A DNA stretch of 64,000 bases from Butyricicoccus sp. (GTDB lineage Bacteria > Bacillota > Clostridia > Oscillospirales > Butyricicoccaceae), in assembly GCA_020025755.1 (NCBI GenBank), contig JAHHRO010000003.1:277-64276 (forward strand). The letters are read 5' to 3'. Positions 8,054 to 18,900 of the stretch are shown here, one piece after another. Each line of letters starts with the position of its first letter. Position 1 is the first letter of the stretch. Made by a program: the position numbers and the translations under genes. The notes below the pieces were generated by a model. That model was not told where the DNA came from and made no database searches. It saw only the letters and a list, made by a program, of their open reading frames with translations.

Positions 8054-9496
8054 TCAGATATCATCAAAGAGCGACGCGCCATTGGTTTCGATCACCCGTT
8101 GATACCAATAAAAGCTGTCTTTTTTGATCCTTGCAAGATCTTTTAAATCGCCGTCATCACGATTTACATACACAAGACCATAGCGTTTCTGATATCCATT
8201 GCTGGTACTCAAAACATCGATAAAGGACCATGGCAAAAATCCCTGTACCTCCACGCCCATCTGAATCGCCCGATGGATCGCGCGCAAATGTTTTTTCCAA
8301 TAGTCGATCCGGTAATCGTCATGAACACGCCCATCCACCAGAACATCCCTTGCTCCCAGACCATTTTCTGTAATCATAATCGGAATATGATATCTTTGAT
8401 AGATATCTCGCAGCAAATATTCCATACCCATTGGATCGATCGTCCAATCCCAGTCGTTCGTATCTGCGTTTGGATTTTTTATATACTGATAAAAATCCGG
8501 CATCGTTTCATATGCTCCCATCTCTCCTTTCTTTCCGCTCAGGTTACTTTCCGCCTCTGTCCGCACATTGTGCGCCGCATCCGGGAAGCGAACACATTTA
8601 CTTGCATAGTAATTTACCCCCAGAAAATCAAGTTTTCCCGATCGAATGATTTCCATATCATCTTTCTCAATGACGGGAGCCATTCCTTTTTCCTGCAAAT
8701 AGTGGGATGCGCCAACCGGATAAGTACCATGAAAATAAATATCCAAAAAATAATGATTTTTCAGATCCTCCGCATTCAGCATTGCCAACATATTTTCAGG
8801 TGCAGAATCCAAACCATAGATCGGTGCATATCCAATCGCTGCGCCAGAACGTCCATCTGGTACAAGCTGATGGATCAGCCGGCTCACTCTCGCCTGCGCA
8901 ATATTCATATGATGGTTGATCTGGAACTTGATCTGCGGATCATTGCGATACTTTTCTGGTATATAATTTTTCTTCTTCCAAAATTCCACAATGATACTCT
9001 GCTCATTGATAATGAGCCAATCCTTGATCCGGTCGCCATATCTGCGGATCAAAAATTCGCTATAGGAAACAAAATCCTCTATGCTCTGCCGACTGATCCA
9101 CCCATCATACTTTTCCACCAGTGCCATTGGCATATCATAATGATAGATCGTCGGGAGGGGTTTGATGCCATTTGCAACCAATCTATTGATGAGATCATCA
9201 TAAAATTCAATCCCTTTTGCATTGACTTCCCCTGTTCCATCAGGGAATATCCGAGACCATGAAAAAGAAAACCGATATGCCGTAAATCCACATTCCTTCA
9301 TCAACACGATATCTTCTTTATATCGGTGATAGTGATCACTCGCTACGCTTGCGTCAGCAAATCCAGTACCTGCACTCAAAACATCCATCTGGGATCTTTT
9401 TTTCCCATCTTCCTCTGCAGCACCCTCCGCCTGATATGCACTCGTTGCAGCACCCCACAGAAATCCAGCTGGCATCTGCTTTTTATCCTGCTCCAT
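8054..9496 (-). CDS. GH1 6-phospho-beta-glucosidase
   Basis: FLWGAATSAYQAEG, RFSFSWSRIFP, INEQ acid/base, ITENG nucleophile and KRYG phosphate-binding region; lies in a PTS operon. Confidence 0.92.
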   Translation of the reverse strand: MEQDKKQMPAGFLWGAATSAYQAEGAAEEDGKKRSQMDVLSAGTGFADASVASDHYHRYKEDIVLMKECGFTAYRFSFSWSRIFPDGTGEVNAKGIEFYDDLINRLVANGIKPLPTIYHYDMPMALVEKYDGWISRQSIEDFVSYSEFLIRRYGDRIKDWLIINEQSIIVEFWKKKNYIPEKYRNDPQIKFQINHHMNIAQARVSRLIHQLVPDGRSGAAIGYAPIYGLDSAPENMLAMLNAEDLKNHYFLDIYFHGTYPVGASHYLQEKGMAPVIEKDDMEIIRSGKLDFLGVNYYASKCVRFPDAAHNVRTEAESNLSGKKGEMGAYETMPDFYQYIKNPNADTNDWDWTIDPMGMEYLLRDIYQRYHIPIMITENGLGARDVLVDGRVHDDYRIDYWKKHLRAIHRAIQMGVEVQGFLPWSFIDVLSTSNGYQKRYGLVYVNRDDGDLKDLARIKKDSFYWYQRVIETNGASLFDDI

Positions 9497-9506
9497 AGTT
9501 CCTCCT

Positions 9507-9857
9507 TTATCCACCCATCTTCTGAAAGAACGCTTCAAATAAAACGATGAGTTTTTTTGTAATACGAACTTCGGACATCACTGTCATAAGGGTATCCTGT
9601 GCATGATTGAATAATACATTGGGCTGAAACACTTCCGTTCCGGCCATTTGATTCTGGATCACTTCGGTTTGCACATTATGTGCCTTTGAAATATACGCCT
9701 CCGCTTGTGCCACACACCGCTTTGCAGAGACAAAATCAAACTGCTCGATATGATCCATCGCCTGCTCAGCTGCATTCCTCGCATCTCCTGCCTGAATAAT
9801 GATCTCCATTGCCAGCTGAACTATTTTTTCCTCCTCTTGGAACAACATATCTTCCAT
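9507..9857 (-). CDS. PTS lactose/cellobiose-family EIIA
   Basis: IIIQAGDARN, AHNVQT and FNHAQDTLM (phospho-His). Confidence 0.92.
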   Translation of the reverse strand: MEDMLFQEEEKIVQLAMEIIIQAGDARNAAEQAMDHIEQFDFVSAKRCVAQAEAYISKAHNVQTEVIQNQMAGTEVFQPNVLFNHAQDTLMTVMSEVRITKKLIVLFEAFFQKMGG

Positions 9858-9874
9858 GACAAATTTCCCTTTCC

Positions 9875-11113
9875 TCATTCGCTTGCTGTAAGCTCCTCTT
9901 CGATACACTGTTTTTCATACACCTTATAGAAAGGATACCATGTCATCAGATAAACAACAAACAGAACGATATATACTGGTACTGCTCTCCAATCCTCCGT
10001 AATCATCACGCTGGAAAACGGTGCTGGGATCTGTCCGACCTGTACCATGCGTGCTGGGATATTCAGCAGGCCAAAATGCATCGTGAGCCACACAACAGCA
10101 GGTCCTACAATGCTGTTGATCAAAATCGGAACCATCAGCAGCGGATTGAACACCACCGGAGCACCAAACATCAATGGCTCATTGATATTGAACAGCGATG
10201 GCCCAATACAAATTTTTCCCATCATTTTCAATTTCCTGCTTTTCGATCCAAGCATCAGTACATTAAGCGGAAGTGTGCCGCCGCGCCCTCCCATCGTGAT
10301 CAATGCCGCTGTAAATACCGCTTCACTGGTTGCGATATTGGTCGCCACTCCGCCTGCTGCCACTGCTTCTATGTTTTCTGCAATTGCTACAATAAAAATC
10401 GGTGTTGTAACCGCATTGAATACCCAACTGGAAATGCCTACCGAATAAAAAATCACGGGCACAAAGCAAATCAAAATAAATCCCGGCAGTGTCTGTGCAC
10501 CTTTTTGCAGCGGCATAAACACATTCACGAGCATCTGATACACATCCAAGTCGAACGTATAAACGAGCACCATCGTGATCCCCAATGTGATCGTGATGGG
10601 AATGATCTGATTGATCCAGTCACTCACGAAATCCGGCAGTGTCGTATTATGTTCCAGCACATGCAGCTTTGCGTAAAAATGAAAGATCAGCGCAACATAC
10701 AGACCCACTACAATGCCCATCAGGATGCCTGCCGGCCCTATCCTTGCATTATCGACCTGAAATATGCCCTCTACCACCTGTGGGCGACAGAACAATAGAT
10801 ACGCAGCAATCGAAATCAGTGCCGCATTGATCTGATACTCACCATGCCCCAATTTGATCATTGCCTCATGGGTAATCAAAAAGACTACAAAAATCGCCAG
10901 CAATCCAAAAGAAAAATTCGCAATGACACTTAAATCCGGCAAGAATTCAAAATACGAACGAAATACGTTATAGAAAAAGATCAAGGAACCTGTCAAAATA
11001 ATAGGCAGCACCTTCTTCATTGTACTGGCAACCGTATCGATCCATGGATTGGCAAAAATTTCTCGCGCTTTTGGAACAAACGAATCCGAAAGCCACACCA
11101 TCATTTTTTTCAT
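9875..11113 (-). CDS. PTS cellobiose-family EIIC permease
   Basis: Polytopic hydrophobic protein with MGGRGGTLPL and PSLFNINEPLMFGAPVVFNP signatures. Confidence 0.92.
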   Translation of the reverse strand: MKKMMVWLSDSFVPKAREIFANPWIDTVASTMKKVLPIILTGSLIFFYNVFRSYFEFLPDLSVIANFSFGLLAIFVVFLITHEAMIKLGHGEYQINAALISIAAYLLFCRPQVVEGIFQVDNARIGPAGILMGIVVGLYVALIFHFYAKLHVLEHNTTLPDFVSDWINQIIPITITLGITMVLVYTFDLDVYQMLVNVFMPLQKGAQTLPGFILICFVPVIFYSVGISSWVFNAVTTPIFIVAIAENIEAVAAGGVATNIATSEAVFTAALITMGGRGGTLPLNVLMLGSKSRKLKMMGKICIGPSLFNINEPLMFGAPVVFNPLLMVPILINSIVGPAVVWLTMHFGLLNIPARMVQVGQIPAPFSSVMITEDWRAVPVYIVLFVVYLMTWYPFYKVYEKQCIEEELTASE

Positions 11114-11442
11114 TTTGCTCCCTCCTCGCTCGCTTCTGACAACCTCTGTGCCAAGGCTACTACCCCTTCTCCATCCAGCGCAGCGTATATCCTTTCCGGA
11201 ATTACATCAACACGGATCCCTCGAGGCTCACATTGCTCTCGAAACTTAGGAAGTGCACTTGCATAGTGCGGTCCAACCAGTAAAATGTCCATTTTGTCCA
11301 TATACTCGCTGACAACGCTCTCACTTCTGGCTTCGATCGTCATGTCGATTTTTTTCTTTTTTGCTGCCTGACGTGCCTTCTGTGCCAAAAATCCACTGGA
11401 GAACCCTGCTCCACAGCACAATAATACCCTGATCGTTCCCAT
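11110..11442 (-). CDS. PTS cellobiose-family EIIB
   Basis: VLLCCGAGFSSGFLA phospho-Cys loop and DILLVGPH. Confidence 0.92.
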   Translation of the reverse strand: MGTIRVLLCCGAGFSSGFLAQKARQAAKKKKIDMTIEARSESVVSEYMDKMDILLVGPHYASALPKFREQCEPRGIRVDVIPERIYAALDGEGVVALAQRLSEASEEGAK

Positions 11443-11473
11443 ACAAATACCTCCTAAATGATTTCCTGAAATT

Positions 11474-13369
11474 TTAATATTCCTGCTCAGCCGCATCAAT
11501 GATTTCCATCAAAACAGCATAGCTTTTTTCCTCAATCAATCTGCACATAGCTTGTTCATCCATCATAAATTTTGGTGCTGTGCTATAAAACGCCTCCAAA
11601 TTTTCTTTTTTTGATGAGATCGAAAGCAAAAATACGACCTGCACCTCATACACATGCCACAAGATCGGCTTTTCTAAAATTGCTACGCTGATAAAGGTAT
11701 CCTCAGTCACAGGCTTATATGGATGCGGAATTGCGATATGCCGGCAAAGATCCGTCTGCATGAGATTTTCACGTTCGAGGATACATGCTTCAAAATCAGC
11801 ACAAAGTCCTTTCACTTCCATCACCCTGCCGCACAGATCATGCAGCACCGCTTCTCTCGTTTCTCCTGCAACATCTGTAAAAAATAGATCGGGTGAAAAA
11901 TATTTGCGAATACTGCCTCCTAAATCATTTTTCAAAATACGTTCCATCTCACTGACATTGTGCCGGTCAAAAAAATATTGCACCTGACATACCGGAACAG
12001 GGATCTTGACCGAAACGGGGACGGTAGAAAACACATAATCAATGTCAGAAAAATCTTTTCGCGCCAGCGTCCCAATATCACATGTTTCTACACGGCTGAG
12101 ATACTCTCCAAACAGTTCCCGAAACCGATATTCAAACAGCTTCGCACTCCCAACCCCTGACGCACATACGAGCAGGATACTGCGTTTGCATCTCGTCCTG
12201 CTCTTTCGCTCCAATGCAAGCGCAAAGCACAATGCCAAATATCCGATCTCCTCTTCCGGAACGATCGTATCAAAATATTCCGACAACACCGTAGAGGCAT
12301 GTGCTGCTACGACATATGGGAAACTATATTCTTCCTTTATTTCTTTCAGGATGGGGTTGGCGATCGAAATATGATACCGCAGCCGAATGCGCAGCGACAC
12401 CATATGCTGTCTCAGTGAGGTATTCAAATCAAAATCCGTATACAGCGCAAGCTGAAATTCCTGCTCCACGCGCTCGATCATTTTGTTGACCAGCTGGTTG
12501 ATCTCCATATCAATGAAAACATTGCCCTCATCTCCCAGCACTCTTTTCTTCCCCAAAAATTGAATCGCGATATATTTGATCTCTGCGATCGGGATCTTCT
12601 GGTTCAGGATACGCTCCAACTCTCCAACACAAATCTGAGCAACCTGTATATCAGCCTCCTGAAGCAGATCGCTGTTTTGTGTGCCCTCGATCGGAATAAA
12701 AAAACCTTGTTTCCACCTGAATACAGCAACTTGTATCTGTAGCACGATGCTCGCAAGCTCCATTTCATAAATGCTGTATCCGCATTCTGCAACACTTTGC
12801 ACGACCAAAGCGCGAATCTGTTCATATGCTTCAAATTTTGTGCGGATCTTATGAAACCACTGATCGTTAAATTCATAAAACATACTGCTCAGGCACAGTC
12901 GAAAAAAAAATTCCTTCCCCACAATATGCAGCCCGTGATATGGCTTGCGTTCCAGCTGCAAATGATGCTCATTCAAATACTGCTCCACTCGCCGGAGTGC
13001 AAGAGACAATGTCTTTCGAGAGATATACAGTTGGCTGCACAGATCTTCTGCCTTTACATAGTCACTTAAAAAAAGTTGTGTCAAAATAAATTCCATTCTT
13101 TGCCTGCCCGTTTCCGGCAGTACCTTGACCATTTTATCTGCAACAAAGCTCTGATATCGCTCCTGATCCATAACCAGCAGCTGCACACCCTCCCCCCGTC
13201 GGCGAATGATCGAAGCCCCATGCTGATGCAGGATCTCTTCCAGCTGCTTTATCAAATCGCGAACCGTTCTTTGGCTGAGCTTGAGCTTTTTTGCAAGTTC
13301 TTCAAAGCCAATATACCTATCCTCTGATAGAGCCGATAACAGCACATCCAAGCGACCATCCATCTGCAT
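11474..13369 (-). CDS. LicR/MtlR-type PRD transcriptional regulator (HTH-PRD-PRD-EIIB-EIIA)
   Basis: Two HTHs (LSQRTVRDLI, ISRKTLSLAL), PRD motif EEEIGYLALCF, EIIB-like LVCASGVGSA and EIIA-like IAIPHP. Confidence 0.88.
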   Translation of the reverse strand: MQMDGRLDVLLSALSEDRYIGFEELAKKLKLSQRTVRDLIKQLEEILHQHGASIIRRRGEGVQLLVMDQERYQSFVADKMVKVLPETGRQRMEFILTQLFLSDYVKAEDLCSQLYISRKTLSLALRRVEQYLNEHHLQLERKPYHGLHIVGKEFFFRLCLSSMFYEFNDQWFHKIRTKFEAYEQIRALVVQSVAECGYSIYEMELASIVLQIQVAVFRWKQGFFIPIEGTQNSDLLQEADIQVAQICVGELERILNQKIPIAEIKYIAIQFLGKKRVLGDEGNVFIDMEINQLVNKMIERVEQEFQLALYTDFDLNTSLRQHMVSLRIRLRYHISIANPILKEIKEEYSFPYVVAAHASTVLSEYFDTIVPEEEIGYLALCFALALERKSRTRCKRSILLVCASGVGSAKLFEYRFRELFGEYLSRVETCDIGTLARKDFSDIDYVFSTVPVSVKIPVPVCQVQYFFDRHNVSEMERILKNDLGGSIRKYFSPDLFFTDVAGETREAVLHDLCGRVMEVKGLCADFEACILERENLMQTDLCRHIAIPHPYKPVTEDTFISVAILEKPILWHVYEVQVVFLLSISSKKENLEAFYSTAPKFMMDEQAMCRLIEEKSYAVLMEIIDAAEQEY

Positions 13370-13568
13370 ATCCCATCCCTCTTTTCCTCATGTCTTTCTG
13401 TTATGCTTAGTATATATTGTATACTCATACAAATCAATCCGCCTTTTCGCCGGTATATTTCAGCAAAAAGTACACCGAAATTTCTTTTGTACAGAATTTA
13501 CCCGATTTTTCCATAAAGCAAAGCGGCACCACAAATGGGATGCCGCTTGAAATGATCCTTTCATCATT

Positions 13569-15398
13569 TTATGTATGCCGCTTGCGCTGATATGCCGAGA
13601 TGCAGTCCACGAACGCTGCCCCATATCGCTTTGCCTTATACGCTGGGATACCCGCGATCTGCTCCAGTTCCCGAATGGAGCGCGGCTGACGCTTACAGAT
13701 CTCCATGAGGATCGTGTCCGACAGGATAGCGAACGCAGGCACGCCTGCGCGCGCTGCGAGCCGCGCGCACGTCTCCTGCAAGGCGGCAAACAGTCCAACG
13801 TCCGCCGGTGCTTCGGTCGTGCGCACCGGAACGGCGCGCACCCCCTTGGGTGCTTTGACGGAAAACGGCATATGTTTTTTGATGATCTCCCCCGATCGTC
13901 CGTTCAGCTGGATGACGGGCAGATCCTCCGCCCGACAGGTGAGATACCCCTGCGCGATCAGGCAATCGAGTACATACTGAATGTGATAAGCCGAGCAGTC
14001 CTGCATGATCCCAAAGGTGGACAGCGTATCCAGACCGGATGCAGTCACCCGCTCGGTACGCTCTCCGCGCAGGATCTCGATGAGAAACCGCTTGCCAACT
14101 GCCCGTCCGCGCTGCCCCAGCCGAAACACACAGGAAACGATCTTCTGTGCATCGAGCGTTTCATCCTTCCATGCCCAGTGCGTGCCGCAGTTCGAGCAGC
14201 CGCCGCAATAGGACGGCGCGGACTCCCCAAAATAGTGGAGCAGGCAGGCACGCAGGCAGTCCGTCGTCTGTGTATACCACCGCATGCGCCGCAGACGCTC
14301 CAGATCGCGCTCCAGAATACGCCGAGACTGTGCCTCGTCCAGATCGTCCGACAGGGCGCGGTTGTTCTCGATCAAAAACCGACACATGCGCCAGTCGGCT
14401 GGCTCATAGTAGAGGATGCAGTCCGCCTCTCTGCCGTCACGCCCCGCGCGTCCGGCTTCCTGATAATAGCTTTCCAGATCGGTCGGCATGCTGTAATGCA
14501 GCACGAACGATATATTGGGCTTGTCGATGCCCATGCCGAAGGCATTGGTCGCCACCAGAACGCGCACGCGGTCATACAAAAAGTCCTCCTGCGCCTGCCT
14601 GCGTACCTCTGCATCCAAGCCTGCATGATACCGCGCCGCGGCAAAATTCCGCGCACGCAGCACCCCATACACATCATCCACCTGCTTGCGCGTCAGGCAG
14701 TAAACGATGCCGCTCTGTCCCTGCCGCGCGGCAAGCTCTGCCAAAAGTGCCGATCGCTTATCCGTCGGTTGGGACACAAAAAAGCGCAGATTGGGGCGGT
14801 CAAAGCCGGAAACCAACAGGAACGGATCCTGCAAGCCGAGCAGGCGCACGATATCCTGCCGCACGCGCTCGGTCGCCGTTGCCGTAAAGGCACACACAGG
14901 CGGACGACTGGGCAGTTCCTGCAAAAACTCCGCAAGGTGCAGATAGCTGGGGCGGAAATCCTGCCCCCACTGGGAAACGCAATGTGCTTCATCGACTGCC
15001 ACGAGCGATAAGGGCAGTTTCTGACACAGGGCGCGAAAACCCTGCGTGTGCAGCCGTTCAGGCGCGGCATACAGCAGCCGATACCGCCCCTGCCGTGCCG
15101 CCTGCAAGATACGGGCGCGTTCCTCTGCACTTTGCGCGCTCGTAAGGCACGCCGCCGCGATCCCTGCCTGCTGCAAGGTGCGCACCTGATCGTGCATAAG
15201 CGAAATGAGCGGCGACACCACAAGTGCCGTCCCCTGCCGCATGAGCGCAGGCACCTGATAGCAGACCGACTTTCCTGCACCCGTGGGCATGACGCCCAGC
15301 ACATCCTGTCCGGCGAGCAGCCGCATAACCAGCGGCTTCTGGCTCGAACGGAACGTATCATAGCCAAAATACTGTTTGAGCACCGCTTCTGGTGTCAT
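13569..15398 (-). CDS. recQ: ATP-dependent DNA helicase RecQ
   Basis: MPTGAGKSVCYQVPA, DEAHCVSQWGQDFRPSY, ATNAFGMGIDKP, YYQEAGRAGRDG, Zn-binding Cys, RQC and HRDC regions. Confidence 0.95.
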   Translation of the reverse strand: MTPEAVLKQYFGYDTFRSSQKPLVMRLLAGQDVLGVMPTGAGKSVCYQVPALMRQGTALVVSPLISLMHDQVRTLQQAGIAAACLTSAQSAEERARILQAARQGRYRLLYAAPERLHTQGFRALCQKLPLSLVAVDEAHCVSQWGQDFRPSYLHLAEFLQELPSRPPVCAFTATATERVRQDIVRLLGLQDPFLLVSGFDRPNLRFFVSQPTDKRSALLAELAARQGQSGIVYCLTRKQVDDVYGVLRARNFAAARYHAGLDAEVRRQAQEDFLYDRVRVLVATNAFGMGIDKPNISFVLHYSMPTDLESYYQEAGRAGRDGREADCILYYEPADWRMCRFLIENNRALSDDLDEAQSRRILERDLERLRRMRWYTQTTDCLRACLLHYFGESAPSYCGGCSNCGTHWAWKDETLDAQKIVSCVFRLGQRGRAVGKRFLIEILRGERTERVTASGLDTLSTFGIMQDCSAYHIQYVLDCLIAQGYLTCRAEDLPVIQLNGRSGEIIKKHMPFSVKAPKGVRAVPVRTTEAPADVGLFAALQETCARLAARAGVPAFAILSDTILMEICKRQPRSIRELEQIAGIPAYKAKRYGAAFVDCISAYQRKRHT

Positions 15399-15461
15399 GG
15401 CTTTTCCCTCCTTCCATGAAAAAACAGCCGTCCGGTCGCTCCGAACGGCTGTGATCAAACT

Positions 15462-16475
15462 TTACAGCAGCGCAAGCAGTGCATCGACATCCTCGGCGCG
15501 CGTTGCCCACGAGGTCACGAAGCGCACCACGTCATGTGTCTTGTCCCAGCTGCTGTGGAACTCGAATGCCACTTCCTTGGTCAGTTCAAAAATCTGATCC
15601 TTGCTCAAGATGGCAAAGATCTGGTTGGTCGTCGCGGAATACGCCAGTTCATAGCCCTTCGCCCACAGACCATCTCGCAGACGCATTGCCATTGCATTGG
15701 CATAGCGTCCAAGCGTAAAATACAGGTCTCCGGTGAACAGCCCCTCGAACTGCATACCAAGCAGCCATCCCTTGGCAAGCATACCGCCCTGATTCTTGAT
15801 CATATAGCGGAAATCAGGCTTCAGGGCAGGGTTCACGATCACCAGTGCCTCACCAAACAGCGCACCGTTCTTGGTGCCGCCGATGTAGAAGGCATCGCAC
15901 AGGCGCGGCAGATCCGCCGGCATGAGGTCGCAGTCCTCCGCGGTCATGCCGCTTGCCAGCCGTGCGCCGTCCAGATACAGGATCAGTCCCTGCTCATCGC
16001 ATACCTTGCGCAGCAGCTCCAGTTCGCGGCGCGTATAGATCGTGCCCAGCTCGGTGGACTGCGAGATATACACCATGCGCGGCTTGACCATGTGTTCATC
16101 CGGATGGCCGCGCAGTACGGTGATGATATCCATTGGGGTCAGCTTTCCGTCCGGCTTGCGCACCGAAATGACCTTATGACCGGTCGCCTCGACCGCGCCC
16201 GTCTCATGGACGTTGATATGACCGGTCTCCGCGCAGATGACCGCCTCAAACGAGCGCAGAGCCGCCGCGATCATGATCAAATTGGTCTGCGTACCACCTA
16301 CCAGAAAATGAACATCTGCCGCCGGACAGTTGAACCGCTCGCGGATCATCTCTGCCGCATGCGCACAGTGCTCATCCTTGCCATATCCCACGACAGGGGT
16401 CAGGTTATTGACGCGCATTGCCTCCAGAATATTGGGATGTGCCCCCTCACTATAATCGTTTCTAAAATTAAGCAT
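15462..16475 (-). CDS. Low-specificity L-threonine aldolase family PLP enzyme
   Basis: FRNDYSEGAHP, GHINVHETGAVE, LDGARL and GGTKNG (PLP Lys). Confidence 0.88.
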   Translation of the reverse strand: MLNFRNDYSEGAHPNILEAMRVNNLTPVVGYGKDEHCAHAAEMIRERFNCPAADVHFLVGGTQTNLIMIAAALRSFEAVICAETGHINVHETGAVEATGHKVISVRKPDGKLTPMDIITVLRGHPDEHMVKPRMVYISQSTELGTIYTRRELELLRKVCDEQGLILYLDGARLASGMTAEDCDLMPADLPRLCDAFYIGGTKNGALFGEALVIVNPALKPDFRYMIKNQGGMLAKGWLLGMQFEGLFTGDLYFTLGRYANAMAMRLRDGLWAKGYELAYSATTNQIFAILSKDQIFELTKEVAFEFHSSWDKTHDVVRFVTSWATRAEDVDALLALL

Positions 16476-16827
16476 CTTCGTTTCCTCCTTCGAGTCGCCA
16501 ATTTATCCTTCCAAATGTACGAAACTCCAGCTGTGCCTGCATGAGAGACATCCCATTCTCTGCGCTTTCCTCCCATACGTCCTCCAGCGCATCATCCTGT
16601 ATCCAGCCGCAGACCGGACAGACCTGCTCGGTCAGCCCCACCCGATAGACCGGAACGCTACACACCGGACAGCACACGAGCGGCAGCCCGGTCACGGGGT
16701 CACAGCCGCAGTCCTCCTCCGGCTCCCGTGCCTCCCACACCGCGTCCAGATCGGGACGCGTAGGCAGTTCGTCCTCCTCGGGCACGCCAAAACAGGGCAT
16801 GGCGAATGGGTCGAACGGGTCAATCAA
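16468..16827 (-). CDS. CPCC-family cysteine-rich small protein
   Basis: CCPVC...[11 protein letters not shown]...[15 protein letters not shown] start overlaps the xth stop, and its stop overlaps the next gene's start. Confidence 0.7.
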   Translation of the reverse strand: MIDPFDPFAMPCFGVPEEDELPTRPDLDAVWEAREPEEDCGCDPVTGLPLVCCPVCSVPVYRVGLTEQVCPVCGWIQDDALEDVWEESAENGMSLMQAQLEFRTFGRINWRLEGGNEDA

Positions 16828-17569
16828 TCTCGATCACCACCGGACAATGGTCGCTGCCCATCACATCAGACAGGATGCGTGCCGCCTTGACGTGCTCCAT
16901 GAACCGCGCCGAAACCAGAAAATAGTCGATGCGCCAGCCTGCGTTCTTCTCGCGCGCCTTGAAGCGATAACTCCACCAAGAGTATGCGCCCTCCAGCGTC
17001 GGATAAAAATGACGGAAGGTATCCACGAAGCCTGCCCCCAACAGGGCAGTCATCTTTTCGCGCTCCTCGTCGCTGAATCCCGGATTGCGGCGGTTGGTCT
17101 TGGGATTTTTGAGGTCGATCTCCTGATGCGCCACATTGAGGTCGCCGCAGATGATGACCGGCTTTTTCTTGTCCAATTCCATCACATAGCCGCGGAACGC
17201 GTCCTCCCAAGTCATGCGGTAGTCCAGACGCGCCAGTGCATCCTGCGAATTGGGCACATACACCGTCACGAGATAAAACGCCGGATACTCCGCCGTAATG
17301 ACGCGTCCCTCATGATCGTGCTCCTCTATCCCCAGCCCATTGGTAACGGCAAGCGGCTGCTCTTTGGAAAAGATCGCCGTGCCGGAATATCCTTTTTTCT
17401 CTGCCGAGTTCCAATACTCCCAGTAGCCCTCGATGGCAGGAGCCTGTTCGGGCTGGAGCTTGGTTTCCTGCAAACACATCATATCGGGCTGCTCCTGTGC
17501 CAGAAATTCAAAGAATCCCTTTTGCACACAGGCACGCAATCCATTTACATTCCATGAGATCAGTTTCAT
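16820..17569 (-). CDS. xth: Exodeoxyribonuclease III (AP endonuclease)
   Basis: [37 protein letters not shown] and SDHCPV. Confidence 0.96.
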   Translation of the reverse strand: MKLISWNVNGLRACVQKGFFEFLAQEQPDMMCLQETKLQPEQAPAIEGYWEYWNSAEKKGYSGTAIFSKEQPLAVTNGLGIEEHDHEGRVITAEYPAFYLVTVYVPNSQDALARLDYRMTWEDAFRGYVMELDKKKPVIICGDLNVAHQEIDLKNPKTNRRNPGFSDEEREKMTALLGAGFVDTFRHFYPTLEGAYSWWSYRFKAREKNAGWRIDYFLVSARFMEHVKAARILSDVMGSDHCPVVIEID

Positions 17570-17601
17570 AGATCCACTCCTTTTATTTCAAATACCATTT
17601 C

Positions 17602-18768
17602 TTAGCTGCGTAAAATATCACTCTTTGCGATGCGTTCCACCGCTTCTTCCATGCGCGCAGGCGGCACGACCAGTGCAAAGCGCACATAGCCCTCCCCCTG
17701 CTCTCCAAAACTCAGACCGGGTACGCAGATGATGCCCGTTTTTTCCATCAGTTCCAGCACGAATGCCACGGACGAGCGGTATCCCTCCGGCAGCTTTGCC
17801 CATACGAACATACTGCCCTTGGAATCGGGCACCTCCCAGCCGATCCGGCGCAGTCCGCCGCAAAGTGCATCTCGCCGCGCCTGATACGCCTGCTGATTGC
17901 GCCGCGCGATATCCTGCGAGCCGGTCAGGGCAGCGACTGCCCCTGCCTGTGCCGCATAAAACATGCCGTAATCGATCTGCGAGCGGAACGCGCGGAACCG
18001 CTGGATCATATCGCGGCTGCCCACGACAAAGGATACACGCATCCCCGTGAGGTTATAGGTCTTGGAGAGGGAGTTGAATTCCACGCCCACTTCCCTTGCG
18101 CCCGGCACGGACAAAAACGAGATCCCCTGCGCGCCGTCCATCATGATATCCGAGTAGGCGTTATCATGGAGGATGAGGATGTCATGCGCCTTGGCAAACG
18201 CCACGAGGCGTTCATAAAACGCACGATCGACCACGGCAGTCGTGGGATTGTTCGGATAGGATACGACCATCAGCTTGGCACGGTCGGCAATCTCCTCTGG
18301 AATATCCGCAAAATCGAGCACCCAGTTTTTCTCTGCATAGAGCGGATACAGTCCGATCTCGGCTCCTGCCATCATCGGTCCAAAGGTAAAGATCGGGTAT
18401 CCCGGATCGGGCGCAAGCACAAGATCCCCTGCCGCAACAAACGGAAAGGCGATATGCGCGATCCCCTCCTGCGAGCCCATAACACTCATGATCTCGTCGG
18501 ATGCAAGCTGCACGCCATAGCGCACCGCATACCAGTTCTGCACCGCCTCCACGAGTGCCGCGGTATCGTTTATGGAATATTGATAGGTTTCCGGCTGCAT
18601 CGCCGCCTGCGCCACCGCCTGCATGACATGCGTATCCGGTGCCAGATCGGGCGTACCGATGGATAGATTGATCACATCCACCCCTCGCGCTGCCAGTTCC
18701 CGCTTTTTCTCATCCAGCTGATTGAATATATTGGAATCCGTCTGCTGTCCAAATTTCTGGAATCTCAT
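17602..18768 (-). CDS. Class I/II PLP aminotransferase (LL-diaminopimelate aminotransferase-like)
   Basis: NLSIGTPD, GSQEGIAH, SYPNNPT, HDNAYSD and EFNSLSKTYNLTGMR. Promoter TTGCAT-N17-TATAAT (18852-18824). Confidence 0.85.
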   Translation of the reverse strand: MRFQKFGQQTDSNIFNQLDEKKRELAARGVDVINLSIGTPDLAPDTHVMQAVAQAAMQPETYQYSINDTAALVEAVQNWYAVRYGVQLASDEIMSVMGSQEGIAHIAFPFVAAGDLVLAPDPGYPIFTFGPMMAGAEIGLYPLYAEKNWVLDFADIPEEIADRAKLMVVSYPNNPTTAVVDRAFYERLVAFAKAHDILILHDNAYSDIMMDGAQGISFLSVPGAREVGVEFNSLSKTYNLTGMRVSFVVGSRDMIQRFRAFRSQIDYGMFYAAQAGAVAALTGSQDIARRNQQAYQARRDALCGGLRRIGWEVPDSKGSMFVWAKLPEGYRSSVAFVLELMEKTGIICVPGLSFGEQGEGYVRFALVVPPARMEEAVERIAKSDILRS

Positions 18769-18900
18769 ATCCCGTCCCCCTTTTCCATTCTCCAACAAAA
18801 AATCTATATGCGCATGTATCCGCATTATAATACAGATCTTCTCAATATGCAAATCGTATTTTGACGCGTCTGCCGCAGACAGGCGGCGCAAAATACGGTA

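Noticed and set aside
12902..12910. A9 homopolymer in the PRD regulator as a phase-variation tract
   Set aside because: Frame is intact, such runs are common in this AT-rich island, and a single sequence gives no evidence of variation.
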